From Adineta vaga (Eukaryota; Animalia; Rotifera): DNA of 64,000 nt. Shown here piece after piece: positions 63,660 to 64,000 of this stretch. Below the pieces are notes generated by a model, which ran no database searches, was not told the origin of the DNA, and saw only the letters and a program-made list of their open reading frames with translations. Numbering within the stretch: position 1 is the first letter of the stretch; every line of letters begins with the position of its first letter. Location: contig CP075493.1 of assembly GCA_021613535.1 (NCBI GenBank), positions 62,001-126,000 on the forward strand, read 5' to 3'. A program made the translations under genes and the position numbers.

Positions 63660-63960
63660 TACCAGCAAATCCGGAATACATAAAAACATCATTTACGGCA
63701 TATACTAGCCACTACCAGGAAATCCTGCACCGACGCACCATCTATCTCCATTCCATCACACGCACCTTCTGGTTATTCCTGCCTCTTCCGGAAACCGAAA
63801 CCCATGCGAGATAAGAAAATCATTGTTCTGAACAATTCTTTCGATTCCGTATCGGAATTCCGGAATTTGTGCACATCCGGAATCACTGGGAAATGTAGGA
63901 ATTCCTGATCATTCCTGTCTATTCCGGAATTTGTTGCATTTTCTGAATAATGGAATAATA
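63660..63960. repeat. TTCCGG/CCGGAA-rich CMC-type subterminal remnant
   Basis: Repeated (T)TCCGGAA(T) motifs like those at 28341-28640 and 56440-56754; no clear termini. Confidence 0.35.
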
Positions 63961-64000
63961 GTTCTGAAAGGTGAAGTCTTTGATTGGTTGGATTTCGTGA

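Noticed and set aside
1-64000. rRNA, tRNA or spliced-leader genes; bacterial origin of the contig
   Set aside because: No such RNA genes recognised; spliceosomal introns and eukaryotic TE superfamilies occur throughout.

Overview
AT-rich, intron-containing eukaryotic DNA, most likely from a bdelloid rotifer (Adineta-like). This is inferred from TGTGGG telomere-type repeats, Athena/Terminon-type genes and bdelloid-type gene families. The window is almost entirely transposon-derived. Left to right: a decayed RTE LINE; many MITEs (mariner-, piggyBac-, CMC/CACTA- and hAT/P-like ends); a 14-copy 68-bp tandem array; a CACTG-ended remnant carrying a Vertnin/OTU-like protease fragment; an intact-ORF hAT transposon; host pseudogene fragments (Ig, 7TM); a PAN + FG-GAP gene; and a 12.5-kb CCC...GGG-ended En/Spm-type transposon with two BEN-like accessory genes. 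The most striking feature is a ~17-kb Terminon-like (giant Athena/Penelope-like) unit at ~40.9-58.0 kb. It has co-oriented spliced ORFs: a Rep/HUH homologue lacking its catalytic residues, a coiled-coil/RT fusion missing 2 of 3 catalytic Asp, a DEDDy exonuclease, a second coiled-coil ORF and a membrane-protein gene. It ends in a type I hammerhead ribozyme plus reverse-complement telomeric repeats, fused directly onto a 5'-truncated Gypsy element, i.e. a probable fossil chromosome-end healing junction. A near-full-length RTE and a CMC MITE later inserted into it. The window ends inside a UDP-glycosyltransferase gene. All calls are by eye; no searches were run.
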